Assembly: GCF_009834535.1 (NCBI RefSeq)
Contig: NC_045696.1
Location: 25,298,001 to 25,362,000, forward strand
DNA length: 64,000 bases
Direction: 5' to 3'
Origin: Camelus ferus
Lineage: Eukaryota
Shown here piece by piece: positions 51,855 through 64,000 of this stretch. Each line of letters starts with the position of its first letter. Within the stretch, counting starts at the first letter, position 1. The position numbers and the translations under genes were made by a program. The notes under the pieces are model-generated. The model had not been told where the DNA came from. It did no database searches and worked only from the letters and a program-made list of their open reading frames with translations.

Positions 51855-52016
51855 ATCAACAACAAGAGAAAAATGGTAACTATGTGAGGTGATGGATGTA
51901 TCAACTAATGATTTTTATGGTAATCATTTCATAATGCATAGATATATCAAATCATCATGTTATGCACTTTAAGCTTAAACAATGTTATATCTTAAAGCTG
52001 GATATAATGAAAAAAT
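51855..52016 (+). mobile_element. L1MA-like 3' end fragment
   Basis: aatggtaactatgtgaggtgatggatgt...aacta...tggtaatcatttcataatg...atatcaaatcatcatgtt. Confidence 0.75.
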
Positions 52017-52409
52017 AGTGTCTGGGATTAGCATGAAGACTAAATAAGATATGGATTAAAAATGCTTATCATAGCTCTTGAGACATAGCAAATTCTTAAT
52101 AAATGTGCTATTATTGCCATTAAACATTTAAAAAATAAAATAACAGCAATCAATAAGCAAACAAGATAAACAAATGTATGGGTCATGCACCACCCTGTTG
52201 TGGGCATATGGAATGGGACCAAGTAGGAAAGGACCATAAAAAATAGGTCATTGAGTATAGGAAAAGTCTAGAAAGTTGTCAATATTAGGAAATTATTTTA
52301 TAGTATTTTGTGGATTTATGTCTTTCCATAAGTAGGCCCCAAATTCACACTATATATTAAATAATCTAACACTTAAAATAGTGTTTATTATATCTCCAAT
52401 CAGACACAG

Positions 52410-53393
52410 TTGTATGAGGATGTTGAGTTGGACTTGTCTAACTGTTCAAGAATAACAGATGAAGATAGCTAAAGCTGAAAAGCAATTAACTACTCACATG
52501 CTACAAACTGACACCCTTGAGACTTCAGACACTTGCAGAATCTGCCCAGCCACTATTCACCATCACTCCATCACTCCATAGTACCCTACACAGTCAATAT
52601 CAGTTTATTTAAGAAGACTGGGGAAGAGAGAAAATTAAGTGCGCCTTGTCAAGAGGACAATAATTAGGAGAGAGTCTGTCGTCCTGCATAGAAGTGCTCT
52701 GGTCAACTTGGCAAGCAGGGCCAGGAGGAGCTGCCCTTGGAAAATTGCTCTTAGATTTTGACTTACATAGGGAAAATTTGACATCTGAGTTAACATCTCA
52801 AGTATATAGGTTAAGATGCAGAAATTGGCAAGACCTCACCATTATACAGAAAGAAGAATTGAAGGCCTTCTATGAACGGAAAAAATAAAGGAAAATTAGT
52901 GTCTTTCTCTGTAAGAGGGTTTCGTGGCCTCAGGAAAAGCAAGATTAAAGCTTAAGATTACCCCCAAGAATACTGTGCCCACAACCTATGGTGAGCCTGT
53001 TAGTACCAGGGTAAACTAGACTAAATTAAGGAGCAGGGTCACATCAACATGCAAATGGTTGTATACTACACCTGCCTCTTCATTCCTCCTCCCCGCTTTC
53101 TCACTGGAGGAATTTGTTCACAGAGAAAGTGTGGGACAGCTCAACTGTTCCTCTCTTCATCCATCTCCATCTAACTACAAATACAAATTGCTATGAAGCA
53201 TGGATAGTGAAGACTTTGAATCAGCAATATTATTGGGCAATGTTATTTATTTAAAGTGTACAAAAACTTACGGAATCTGGTGAAATGTCACAAAGAATGA
53301 AAAGGAGAATTTGTTATAACATGATTAAAAGCAGCTATATTGCAGCTTTGTGTTTATATTTCAGGGTTGAAATTCTTCAATAAACCAGGTACA
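52410..53393 (+). mobile_element. Possible ancient LTR (Gypsy/ERVL-like)
   Basis: TGTA start and caataaaccaggtaca end; internal similarity is weak. Confidence 0.25.
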
Positions 53394-53734
53394 CATGACC
53401 TCTTTCTCCAAATTTCTAGATCCTCTGTATCCCTCTGATGATCTTATTGCCCAAGATCTTTGTTCTATTTGTAGGAGGCAGAGAGCCAGGATTTAAACTG
53501 TGCAGGAGTTTCTATTTTTTGCAGCCAAAAGCGCCTAAATGAAACCTATGTAATATATATTTTAAAAGATTTTCTTCAAAGAGTAGATCTAGATATGCTG
53601 ATAATTATGGAAATAAATATCAAAACACAACAAAAAGAGCATCAACATGATAACAACATGTACAGTTGATGGTGAAATTAGGGACAGCTTTTTCATATTT
53701 CTACCCTCCCAAATTTTATAAAAATAATAAGTAA

Positions 53735-53965
53735 TAATACTCAGCATTAATTAAACATCTATTAAATGTGAGACACTAAGTAATTTACATATATTAATTT
53801 AACTCATCAGAATAATCCTAAAAAAGAGGAAAAATATTATTACCCTTATTTTGTAGATGATGAAACAGTCCTGGAGAGATTATATGACATTTCCAAGATC
53901 GTACAGCTGACTGTTGACAAAGCCTGAATTTAAACTTAGGAAGCATTACTTTAGAAGCATGAGCT
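53735..53965 (-). mobile_element. MIR
   Basis: tttaactcatcagaataatccta...ttattacccttattttgtagatgatgaaac...ccaagatcgtacagct...gaatttaaact. Confidence 0.75.
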
Positions 53966-54029
53966 TCAAATTTATTTAAGTGTGCTTAAGACATTAAGTT
54001 CCATTTATCCAGAAAATGTTTCAAGAATT

Positions 54030-54452
54030 GGCAATGTTCTAGAATTTTATTCTACTTGCGGACAAAGTTAGCTTTGCAGCAGTTAAATGGCAGGAGGCAT
54101 GAGACTCCTGGGTCAGACACAAAGGATGTTTCTTCACCCACAGCAATAGTAGTAGCAAGGACATCATCATTTTTCTCATGTCAGTTTTCCTGGGCCCCAG
54201 TTTCCACTGGACAACATGGAGAAATTCAGGGGACACCTGCACATTTGATGGATTGCTCTACAGAAGAGAAATTCTGTGCTCATAATGGACAATAAGTATG
54301 TCTGCCCATTGCTCCAAAGGGAGAGATTATATTTCTGGCTTCCAAGGCAGTTCACTATACAAACATTCTGAAAAGATACTCTGAAACACCATCAGGGCCT
54401 CTCCTCATAAATCTGCGGAAACATGAGAGAACATGGAAAACTGTTTTAATAA
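54030..54452 (-). mobile_element. ERVL solo LTR (LTR40-like)
   Basis: ggcaggaggcatgagactcctgggtcagacacaaagga...tctgcccattgctcc...ttccaaggcagttcactatacaaacatt...gaaacatgagaga; homologous to 46555-47040. Confidence 0.8.
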
Positions 54453-55344
54453 AGCCTTGTACGCCCCAATAACAGTGAGAGTGCCATAAAAATGTTACAA
54501 TTAGTGATACATCCAGGAGTAAATTTAGGATTTAAACTTTTCTTCTTAGGATTTTATTTGCCAGTCACACCAGAAAATAATTGATTTGCTTTGTGTCACT
54601 TTCATTCTGGATTGTTTATATCTGTTTCCCACAATCAATATGCCCCCTTTTCCTTTTCTTCATCTTTTCGACACAAAGAGAATATCACATCCTCCTTAGC
54701 GAGGACCCAGGCTTTGAACTTTGAAATCTGTCTCCAGTTGTAACTGACGTTTTCTCTGGTTGAGAAAGACTATTCTATTCCCAGTATAAACTATGTGGTA
54801 TTTTATAACAAGACTTGTACCAGCATTGCTGAGTTTCAACTAACTCTGTGAATTCAAAGGGACTTTCTCGTGCTCTTCAATAATGTTCAATATAAGCACC
54901 AATATTAAAACCTGATATTTAGTATTATCATTAATGATTTGGACGTTGATAGATACCATAGAAGTCTTAAAGTATTAATTATTTTAATGGAGGCTTATAT
55001 TTTTATGACATATTTAAAATAGGCTTAAATATAAAAAGTATTGAAAATAATTTCTTACTGTCCAAAGCCAAAGAGAAATCAGACAAGATCAACTGGAGCA
55101 AGTAAGAACACTGATGAGACAATATTCTTCATCTCTTTTTTCTGTTTAGTTTTATAGAAATTCACTCATGGAAACAAACTCATCTTTGTTATCAAAAGAA
55201 GCCTGTATTCTTATCTGAGTCTTGTCCTAAAAGAATCCTAGGAAGGGATGATTGTGGCACATGAGGATGTACCTAGGAAATATGAATGAAGTTGGTATAT
55301 TTTTTAACTTCAGTATTTTATTATGAATAGATAGTCATAACAAC

Positions 55345-55540
55345 TTGTGATTGCATGGGCCTTTCAATTTTACCAAGCATGTTCACAAGAATTTTCCCTT
55401 AGTCCTCACAATAAAATAATGATATATATGATGTGAGCACTCCATTATAGGTCAAGAAATTGAGGCATAGAAAGTTAATATAATTGTACCAATATCATAT
55501 GTAGCTGGATAGTAGCTGTGAGATTTATCTCTAAGTCATC
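55345..55540 (-). mobile_element. MIR
   Basis: agtcctcacaata...gaaattgaggcatagaaagttaa. Confidence 0.55.
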
Positions 55541-56179
55541 TGAGAAAAAAAGGAGAGTCATATTAAAAAGATATATATATATATAGCAGAAGCCCTGGAT
55601 TTGGGCTTTTTATGGTGTAGATAAACAATGATTGCCTATATTTTTAACCTTTGCACAATACCTTCCTGAAAGATAATTCACAGATAGAGTTATTTTCTTT
55701 TCCTGTTTCTTAATTTTACCAAAGTTTAGAGATTCATCTAATAGTCTCACAGAATACAAGAATTAGGGAAACTAGTAGACCTTTCATATTTTTGGTCCCT
55801 AATTTGATTGAACATCAGAATCTACTGACAAACTTAAAAATGTGGGGGCTTCTTCTCGGGGTATTTTGATTCACTGTACTTGGAATGCAGCTACAGAATT
55901 ACAGTCTTTTTTTCCTTTTTTAAGTGTTTTCTCTACCTCTGCAGGGATTCTGATGATTAGAAGGCATCTTCTCCAATATGGTACATTTAGGAATTGTCAC
56001 CATTATCTGGCTCTCCAATATAACCTTCTGCTTATTTGGTGTGTAAACTGAGAACATCAATATTTCACAAGGCTTATGTTTCTGTATTATGTCCTTATTG
56101 TTTGCTATGTTCTTACACAAATCTGTCAATCACCTCCTATACAAGTATGGAAATGAATGTATTATTTTTTTATACCCAT

Positions 56180-56392
56180 ATTGTAGGAAGAGCTGATCTG
56201 GGTTTAAATTCCCCATATACTTACTATTAGCCATGTGATTTTGAATAAATTACTTAACCTATAAGGCCTTCAGTTTTGTGAGTTTTAAAAGAGGGATGCT
56301 ATTAACAATCCCAGTAATTTATTGTGAAGTTTCCATCAGAAAATATGATCCAAGTGCTTGGGATATAGCTGATGTTCAATAAATTTTATTGA
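56180..56392 (+). mobile_element. MIR
   Basis: ctgggtttaaattcc...ttactattagccatgtgattttgaataaattacttaacct...tgttcaataaat. Confidence 0.7.
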
Positions 56393-59300
56393 TAATTTTA
56401 TCATGCCATATCTATATTTTATCGAAAATAGCATATTAATAACCAGACAGAAAGTGTTCATAGAATGTCTTTTTAAAATGTGTAACATCTCATTGGCAAG
56501 GATATACTGTATTTGCCTACCTAGTAAATGGAAGTATCTCAATACCTGTAGGCGAATATGGGATCTCAAGTTCAGGGGGAATAGTCTTACGAACTGTACC
56601 TCTTAAACTGTACTCACAGCCTGGGCGGCGTCTGCAGGATTAACCATAGCTGGGCTTCCATCTTGAGAGAAGTGACCGCCACAGACTGATAAAGTGGCCG
56701 TTACTCTTACCAGGCACGCATCTCCTTGTTTGTACTGGTATTCTTCCGTTACTCTCATTCCTCTTCTTGCTTGATCTCAATCGGCTGTGTTCTTTTGGTT
56801 TATTGAGGGGTAGAATCTTAGCTGCAGATTAGGCTAAATGTTTGATAAAATAATTTGAAAACATTTTTCTTATACTTGGAATAGTTATGTAGATCTGCTC
56901 ATAAGATCCTCCAGTTTGATATTCAATCCCCTATCCAAATTTGCATGAAAGTGAGTTGAGCTGTTTTTTTTCAGGACACTACTTCTGACTCTTGCCTTGC
57001 TAAAATGATGTAAAAAAATCGTCTTGAAAACGTGAGTCTTTCTCTTGAATTCATGAATGATTGATGAAGTGGCCTTTATGTGCGGTATACTGTGGATTGC
57101 AGAAACAGCAACTCCGGTCCTTTATGAGTACTGAGTTTTACTACTGAATTCTCCATAAATATCAAGTTATAAATAAACTGTGCCTCGCAAGTACTTCAGC
57201 TGATTCCAGGCTGCTCTCTAATTGGCCTGCCACAGATGGCTATGACCAAATAACTAACAATTAGATTACTCCATTGTTACAAATTTACTCTGAAAATAGC
57301 AAGACACACGTGGCTTTTGACAAGAGGTTGCAGAAGAAAGGTGTAGAACAACTTGGTAAATATTAAACAATATTTTAATTCAAAAGCTTGCTGTCTTGAA
57401 ATACAGTTCTAACAGTCTCTGTCAGCAATATGGTTGGTTGTTGGAACTTGCATATTGCTCAGGGATTTAAAAAATGCACATAAGTACAAGCAAGGGTAAA
57501 TGGAAAATGCACTGGAAGTGTATGATGAAATACTGCTTTGGATCCCTGTTTCATGCAGATGTTTCAGGCGGGACTGTCCTGATATGATCTTTTCAGTCAT
57601 CTCAGTCACTAAACTCGCTTGAAGAGGAATGAGAGAGGAATAATCTTCAGTCATGTTTTATGCTACAGTATGATTTTGTATAGTTACAAGAAAAGTGTTT
57701 TAGGTGTTAAGCATGAGTTAGTAAATATACTTTTAATAAGGAATGAAGAGAAACTTGAAAGAAGCAATATTTACATATTTATAACCCATTTCTTCCATAT
57801 GTAGATTGGAGAAAAGTTGTATTAAATCTACACAAAGTCTTCTTGACTCTACACGCAGAATTTAATGAACTAAATTGCATGTTGAGCCACACCTGCTCCC
57901 TTCCCTAATATTTCTCATACTTACTGGACCCGTGTTCTTCACCTAAGTAAAAATTAAGGCAGATACCAATGGGTGTCAATAGAGAATAAAGAAAGCTATC
58001 CTTTCCTTTTCATTCGGAAAATGTATTCCTCAAACGTGGAAATAAAACGCAAAGAGAATAGTCTTTGAATCACTGTAACCTTTTTAAACCTGATCTACAA
58101 GAGCACCTCATTGTATTTATTTGATGACTTCAGAAAGGATGCGTCTAAGAAACTTTTTTTTTTTAATTAAAACTGAGAGAGTTTTTTAAACACATTCCTA
58201 ATTAACACCTAAGTTCTTTCTTTTAGGCAAGACAAAGACTTCCCTTGCATTAACAACGTCTGGGGCATTTGCAAATCTCAGCTTGCTTCACATTTTTTAG
58301 GGGTTGCAGTTCCTGTGACCAGAAATGCATGTGAAAGCAAATTTATTACAGTCGGAGAGGAGGAACAGTTAAACTAAAAATGATCTCTGATTGAGAATAG
58401 CAACACTGGATGTCTGACATCTGTTTCTCTAGTTGTTTTAAAACTCAACATAGACGAAGCATTTTAAATCATAATGAGTAGCGTACTCTCAATTCAAGGC
58501 ATGTGATTACCAAAAATTCAGAGGCTTCTTTTTACAAGATAACTAATTTTTGAATAGAAAACCATTAAAATACTTGACAAAAACTGAGCAGTTCATATAT
58601 GTTAAGATATGTCTTTAAGTGTTTTGAATTCCAGCTGTTTGTTTTCTTTGTTCTGTTAGTAAGAAGACTGCCAAAACTTGGATACATAACTTTTTACTAA
58701 ATGAAGAACATTTGGGGGATGACATTATGGGTTTTGAAACAGTATCCTCTACTTCTTCTGGAGTAAGTCCTGAAACAAATCACTTTTGATAGTGTATTTT
58801 TGATTGATTAGAACTTCATTATGTTTTCATAAATTATTATTAAAATGTTAATAGTGAAGATAGTCATTACTATTTATAAGATGACTTACAATCCTCAGTT
58901 GCTCTTTATAGTGCTACAATTATTTATTACTGCTTCGTTTGTGGGAAGTTATATATACAACCAGTAATATATTAAATCCTATTTACCATTCTAGTATCAA
59001 CTGAAAAAAAATCTTCTGAAGGTGATGAATTTTCGATGGCACCAATCACTGTTGCACATTCTAGTAAAGTGATATTCTTAGAGAAGCTTTGAAAAATGTA
59101 ATGAAAAATTATGAAAGAGAATAATTTCTTTTATATAGGAAAAATCTTCTGGGTGTAATTAAGCGAAAGGAGAGCTTTCAGCAGAGATATCTGTTTACAT
59201 GTCTGATATCTACCGTGAACTTTTCATGAGAGATTTTTAGTAGATTACTAAACTATGATATACTTCCATTTATTCATTTTAAAAATGTTTCATAAATCCA

Positions 59301-59559
59301 ACCTCCTTATTTCACAGGGCTGTTAGGATCAAATGAGATACTTTGTTAGACATTTGAAAGTGTCACGCTGATTTCTGTGGGATCTGTGTGTGTGTGCGTG
59401 AGCACATAAAGGAGTGTGTTTGCTGGTGATGTTATGATATTTAACTACTCCCAAGCTAAGAATGTAACAGGATTTCTAACTTATTTAAGTAAACCATCAT
59501 ACTTTGGAGTATTGAAATTATAAGTGGTAACAATTTGAGTTTTAAAAATGTGACTGTGT

Positions 59560-59852
59560 TAGGTGCATTATATTCATTATCAATAGATAATTGTGAAGAT
59601 TAAATTAATTAACACAAGTAAATTACATGTACGTTTTATGCCTATAAGGGCTAAGAGTTCAATAATGTTTGCTATTATTATATGATTTGGTTATCAAATC
59701 AATGCTGTGGAATAGCTAACTAAAATCACTGATTTTGGCTAGGGAAACTGAGGCTAGAAGACGTTCAGGAAGTTGTCTGAGGGCAAGTTGTAAGTATTGG
59801 GATAGGAACTGGATGGACTGGCTGTAGAAGCCATCCTCTTAACTCCTACATT
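59560..59852. mobile_element. Two MIR fragments in opposite orientations
   Basis: ttgtgaagattaaatt...ttcaataatgtttgctattatt (+); gggaaactgaggctagaag...aagttgtctgagg (-). Confidence 0.55.
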
Positions 59853-60329
59853 CTGTTAATATTCCAAATATATTCACTAACTCCTTGAAATCACATATAG
59901 TAAAATTTCCCAAGATTGTCACTGGGATTATGTTACTTCACCAAGAATATCTATATAGCAATCTAAGATGATTAGATAAGTAAAAAGTTAAATAAAAATT
60001 CCTAAAAAGGGTGGCTAACACACCAACCTAAAAAACTGTCTACTGTGGGGTTCTATTAGCAATCGTTAGGTAACATTTAGGTGAATTTGGGAGCGGTAAT
60101 ATTTATAGTGACCTTAAGGATTTTGTGTGAAGAACATATTATTCTGAGGTTCATTCTGGTTTTTAGAATTAATATTTGGTGGTGCAGGGAATCTAACTAA
60201 AGCTGCAACAAAGCACAGATGGAGTACAACTCTAGACTAGACTGATTTGCCCTGACATTAGCAGCAGCCTGACAGGAGAAGAATATATCTTTGCCTGGGA
60301 TTCAAAGTGCTGCGTGGTTTGTAGCATAT

Positions 60330-62560
60330 GGAGAAGTAAAAAATAAGACCTTAAGAACACAAAGGTATGGGACAGGATGAATGGAAGTGTACTGTTTTTA
60401 TAAGGTATTCTAATAATTTAAAAGGTATATTTTGAAAAAATAAAGTTATATTTTGTGTTCTCTGGAACAGCCATGAAAACACAAGAGATTACATATAAAA
60501 TGTAAATAGATGATACAAAATAGAAAACCACAAAATACTTGAGTAATCCAAACGATAACAGAAAAGAAGAAACAGAAGCAAAGAATATACGGAATAAATC
60601 GAAAAATAAAATGATAGACCTAAATATAATCATATCAATAATTACACTAAATGAAAATAGAATGAACACACCAATTGGTAGACAAACGCCAGTTTGGTTA
60701 ACAAAGCAAGACTCAGCTGTGTGCTATGTATAAGTAACAAAATTTAACTATAAATATAGGAAGAGGTTGAAAGGAAAAGAATGAAAAAGCTATGTCATGC
60801 AAAACTGAGTATAAGAAAACTGTTGTGGCCATATGAATTTCAAATAAGATATAATTCAAGTAGAGTATCTATTACCAGAGGTAAGAGTGCATTTCAAAGG
60901 ATCAAATCAAATTCTAAGGATATTTGTACCTGATAACAGAATATCAAATACATTAAGCAAAAGTTGACAGAAATAAAGGAAGAAATAGACCCATCTCCAA
61001 TTATAGCTGGGGATTTTCACACATTACTCTCATAATAGACAGAACAAGTAGACAAAAACAAACAAAACTTGACATTATTGGCATTTACATAACACCCCAT
61101 TGTACAACTGGAGAGTGCAGATTTTTTTCAAGATCACAGAAAATATCCACCAAGATAGACTATATTCATAGCCATAAAATATATCTCAGTAAATTGTAAG
61201 AAATTATACAGATTATATCTAAAATTAATTACTATATTAGAAATCATCTGGCTTCATTATATATTCTATTTTCATATAAATATTAAAATTATATTCTATG
61301 TTTCATTTACAATATTGAAAAATCTAAAATCCTTGCAAATAAATTGAACAAAAGTGGCAGAGAAAAATGAAAGAAAAAGAGACTTAAATAAATGGTCATG
61401 GATTGGAATAGTCAATAGTGTTGAATGTACATTCCCCATAAATTTATCTATAAATTCAACAGAATACCAATCAAAATCCTAGGAAAAGTTTTTGAAGGAA
61501 TTGGTAACCTTATTCTAACATTTATGTGAAAAATAATTTTGAAAAGAGTAACATTTGGAAGACTTACAGTACCTGATTTCAAGAATTCTAATAAAGCTAC
61601 AGCAGCAAGAAATAGATCAATGCAACAGATGGAGAGTTCAGAAATAGACCTACACATATCTGGTTAATTAATTTTGACCAAGGCTCCACACATGAATGCA
61701 GTGAGAGAAAGGAAAATCTTTTTAACAAATGGTGCTAGATAACATAGATATCCATATAGAGGTGCGAACCTAGATCCTGCCTCACCCTTTGCCCAAGAGT
61801 AACCTTCAGTTGCCCATGGATCTAAATTTAAAGGCTAGCACCATAAAGCTTCTAGAAGAATGTGAAAATATGTAAGTACATAACCTTGGGATAGGCAAAA
61901 ATTTCTTGGTAGGATTAAACAATTTCTAACAATAAAAGAGAAGAAAATAGAAGTTTATAAAAAGAACTTAAATCTATGTCTAATGACAACATTAAGAAAA
62001 TGAAAAAAAAAGAAATTAATTCCTGGAGAATGCCAACAACATAGATTAATCTCAAAAACATAATGTTAAGCAAAGACAGTGGAATCAAAGAGAACATGCT
62101 GTACAATTTCGTTTATATGAATTAAAGAACAGACCAAAAGATATGTGGTAATAGACATCTGAATAATTAATGCCTCAGGAAAGATGGGGTTGACTGGAAG
62201 ATTGCAAAATAGACTTCTCAAGAATGATAAAAATTTTCTCTGTCTTATCCTGCTTGATGGCTACATGTATACAATTAGCAAAACTCATTGAACTGAACAT
62301 TTGATAAAGTAAAACAGTCTATTCATACATGACATGATTGTGAATAAAGAATTCTCAATGGGATCTACCAAAAAAATCCGACTGAATTAATAAGTGAATT
62401 TACCAAGGTTGCAGGAAATAAGATCATTAAACAAAATTAATTCTATTTGTATAATCTAGTAATACATAATTAGAAAATATAATTACTAAAGATACAATTT
62501 GAATAGATTAAAACACTAGGTTTTAAAAATTGTATTTAAATTATACCTAAATTTTAAAAA
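60330..62560 (+). mobile_element. Old, fragmented L1M (L1MD/L1ME-like): inter-ORF, endonuclease, post-RT ORF2 and 3'UTR pieces
   Basis: ORF 60539..60733 (MIDLN..ISIITLN.N..NTPI...KQDS..C) matches the ORF2 endonuclease start. Also tggattggaa...ctataaattcaac.gaataccaatcaaaatcc, gaaatagacctacacatat, ttttaacaaatggtgct and a 3'UTR with atctcaaaaacataatgttaag. Confidence 0.85.
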
Positions 62561-62899
62561 ATACACAGAAGTTTAAAATGTACTTATATGCAAAGGAAAC
62601 AGTCATGTCACCTGAGATATCTTAGGGGGTTATTTTACAAAATATCCTTTGTAGTTTATTTTTTCAACATTCCAAACAACCTACGTCATTATTTGTGATG
62701 CAAAGAGTTTCTTGTCTGTAGCTATAAGATAACTTGAGCCTTATGTCAAAGCCCCAAGTGGGATAGTATAAAAGGCCATCTCCCCTAGAAGCTAGAAACA
62801 TAACCACATTCCTCCTCCTGCTCATAGATATCTGCTGTGTCTGCCTAAGAGTCCCCTTACTTGGGATTTTACATGACCATAGCTCTGGAGACTTCCTTC

Positions 62900-63232
62900 C
62901 TTCCCCTCCGCCACCTCCAAAAAGACACCAGCTATTCTCTATGCTAATTTGTTTCTTACTTGGTTTCCCGTTCTCCCAGGTCCTAAACTATACTGTAACC
63001 AGAAACTCTTTATTCTGTGAATAAACTCTGTGAGAAACTCTTCTCATCCAGTGAAAAGCCAAGAGATTTGTTCTCTCCTTCATTCCAGTTGTGCCCATTT
63101 TATCCTTCCATTATAATATACTTACGTCAACACTAACTTGTTTTTCAGACTCACTCACTAGAGTGTAAGCTTCTAGATGGCAGGGACATGTTCTCATTTA
63201 TCTTTGTCCATAGAAGTTACAATAAATGTATA
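62900..63232 (+). mobile_element. L2 3' end fragment
   Basis: cactagagtgtaagcttctagatggcagggacatgttctcatttatctttgt...caataaatgta. Confidence 0.55.
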
Positions 63233-64000
63233 TTTATATGCCTAATTATATTAGAAGTAAAGCATATTATGAACATCATCAATTCAAATTTAAAGAGTAA
63301 GTTATATAGTTTTCCTTTAGATTCAAATTATTGTTATCTGGAAATAGTCAATAGAAGAATTTACAATGAGTAATTCCTCAAAAACAACTATCTAAGTTCA
63401 GACAATGAGCTTTAGCATTTGCAGATTATTCAAGATTTTGGAAGTTGATGCTGTTTAAATATTGAATGAGCCCTTTCAGCTAGAAAGAATGCTATAAAAT
63501 TGAAAGAGACTTTCATCTGAGATATAATAAGGAGTGAGTTTCATTTGTGCAAGCATGTTTCTTACTATGAATGACGGCCACCTATTATGTTGTTTTGTAT
63601 GAGCTATTTCATATTATTCTAGTCCTATAATAGCAAATACAAGTAAGTGCTGAAAGCATATTATGGTTGTTTGGTTTATAGCATGAAATGAAATATATAA
63701 AAAACTCAAGTGCTCTTGTGAGGCTTTTCATTGTTCATATGACCCTCTTCCTCTTGATATGCACAATAAGATGCTCCAAGCATGCTTTACACTCAGGTTT
63801 CTCAGGCTCGCATTATTTTGTTCTAAGTAGAGTTTCTATCATGAGAAAGATATTTTTTCTATTATTTACTACTCTTTGGTATTCACATATTTCCTTTGAT
63901 AACTCTCTTTGGTAACCACCTTCTTTTTTCATTTCTCAAGACTACCTTTAGTTTTTTCTTGAGTGTTTATAACCTTTAAGGAAATATTTATAGAGGTTAC

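Noticed and set aside
3278..63915. Remaining short ORFs in the ORF track as host genes
   Set aside because: All are 134 aa or shorter, many use non-ATG starts or are low-complexity or repeat-derived, and none resembles a known protein apart from the L1 pieces.

Overview
Mammalian non-coding genomic DNA, AT-rich, with no recognisable host protein-coding exon. It is very probably from a camelid: there is a tRNA-derived vic-1-type SINE at 43.9 kb and young L1 3' ends of a camelid-type family. Bases 1-17.4 kb are dense in transposons (L1, L2, MIR, MaLR/ERVL/ERV1 LTRs, hAT and Tigger elements, several nested). A transposon-poor block from about 17.4 to 28 kb contains a probable promoter and long non-coding first exon of an unidentified + strand gene (donor GGG|GTAAGT at 19958/19959); the rest looks like its large first intron. 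The most notable observations are: (1) a young L1 with a complete 5'UTR and ORF1 joined directly to the end of ORF2, i.e. a half-L1 (HAL1)-like structure with no endonuclease or reverse transcriptase; (2) a perfect 47-bp direct repeat 699 bp apart around an ancient L1MC fragment; (3) a 60-bp micro-L1 insertion with a perfect 16-bp target-site duplication (TSD); (4) stop/start-overlapping uORFs in the candidate exon. Repeat family names come from recognition by eye, not from database searches, and boundaries of old repeats are approximate. I found no convincing evidence of a wholly new biological system.
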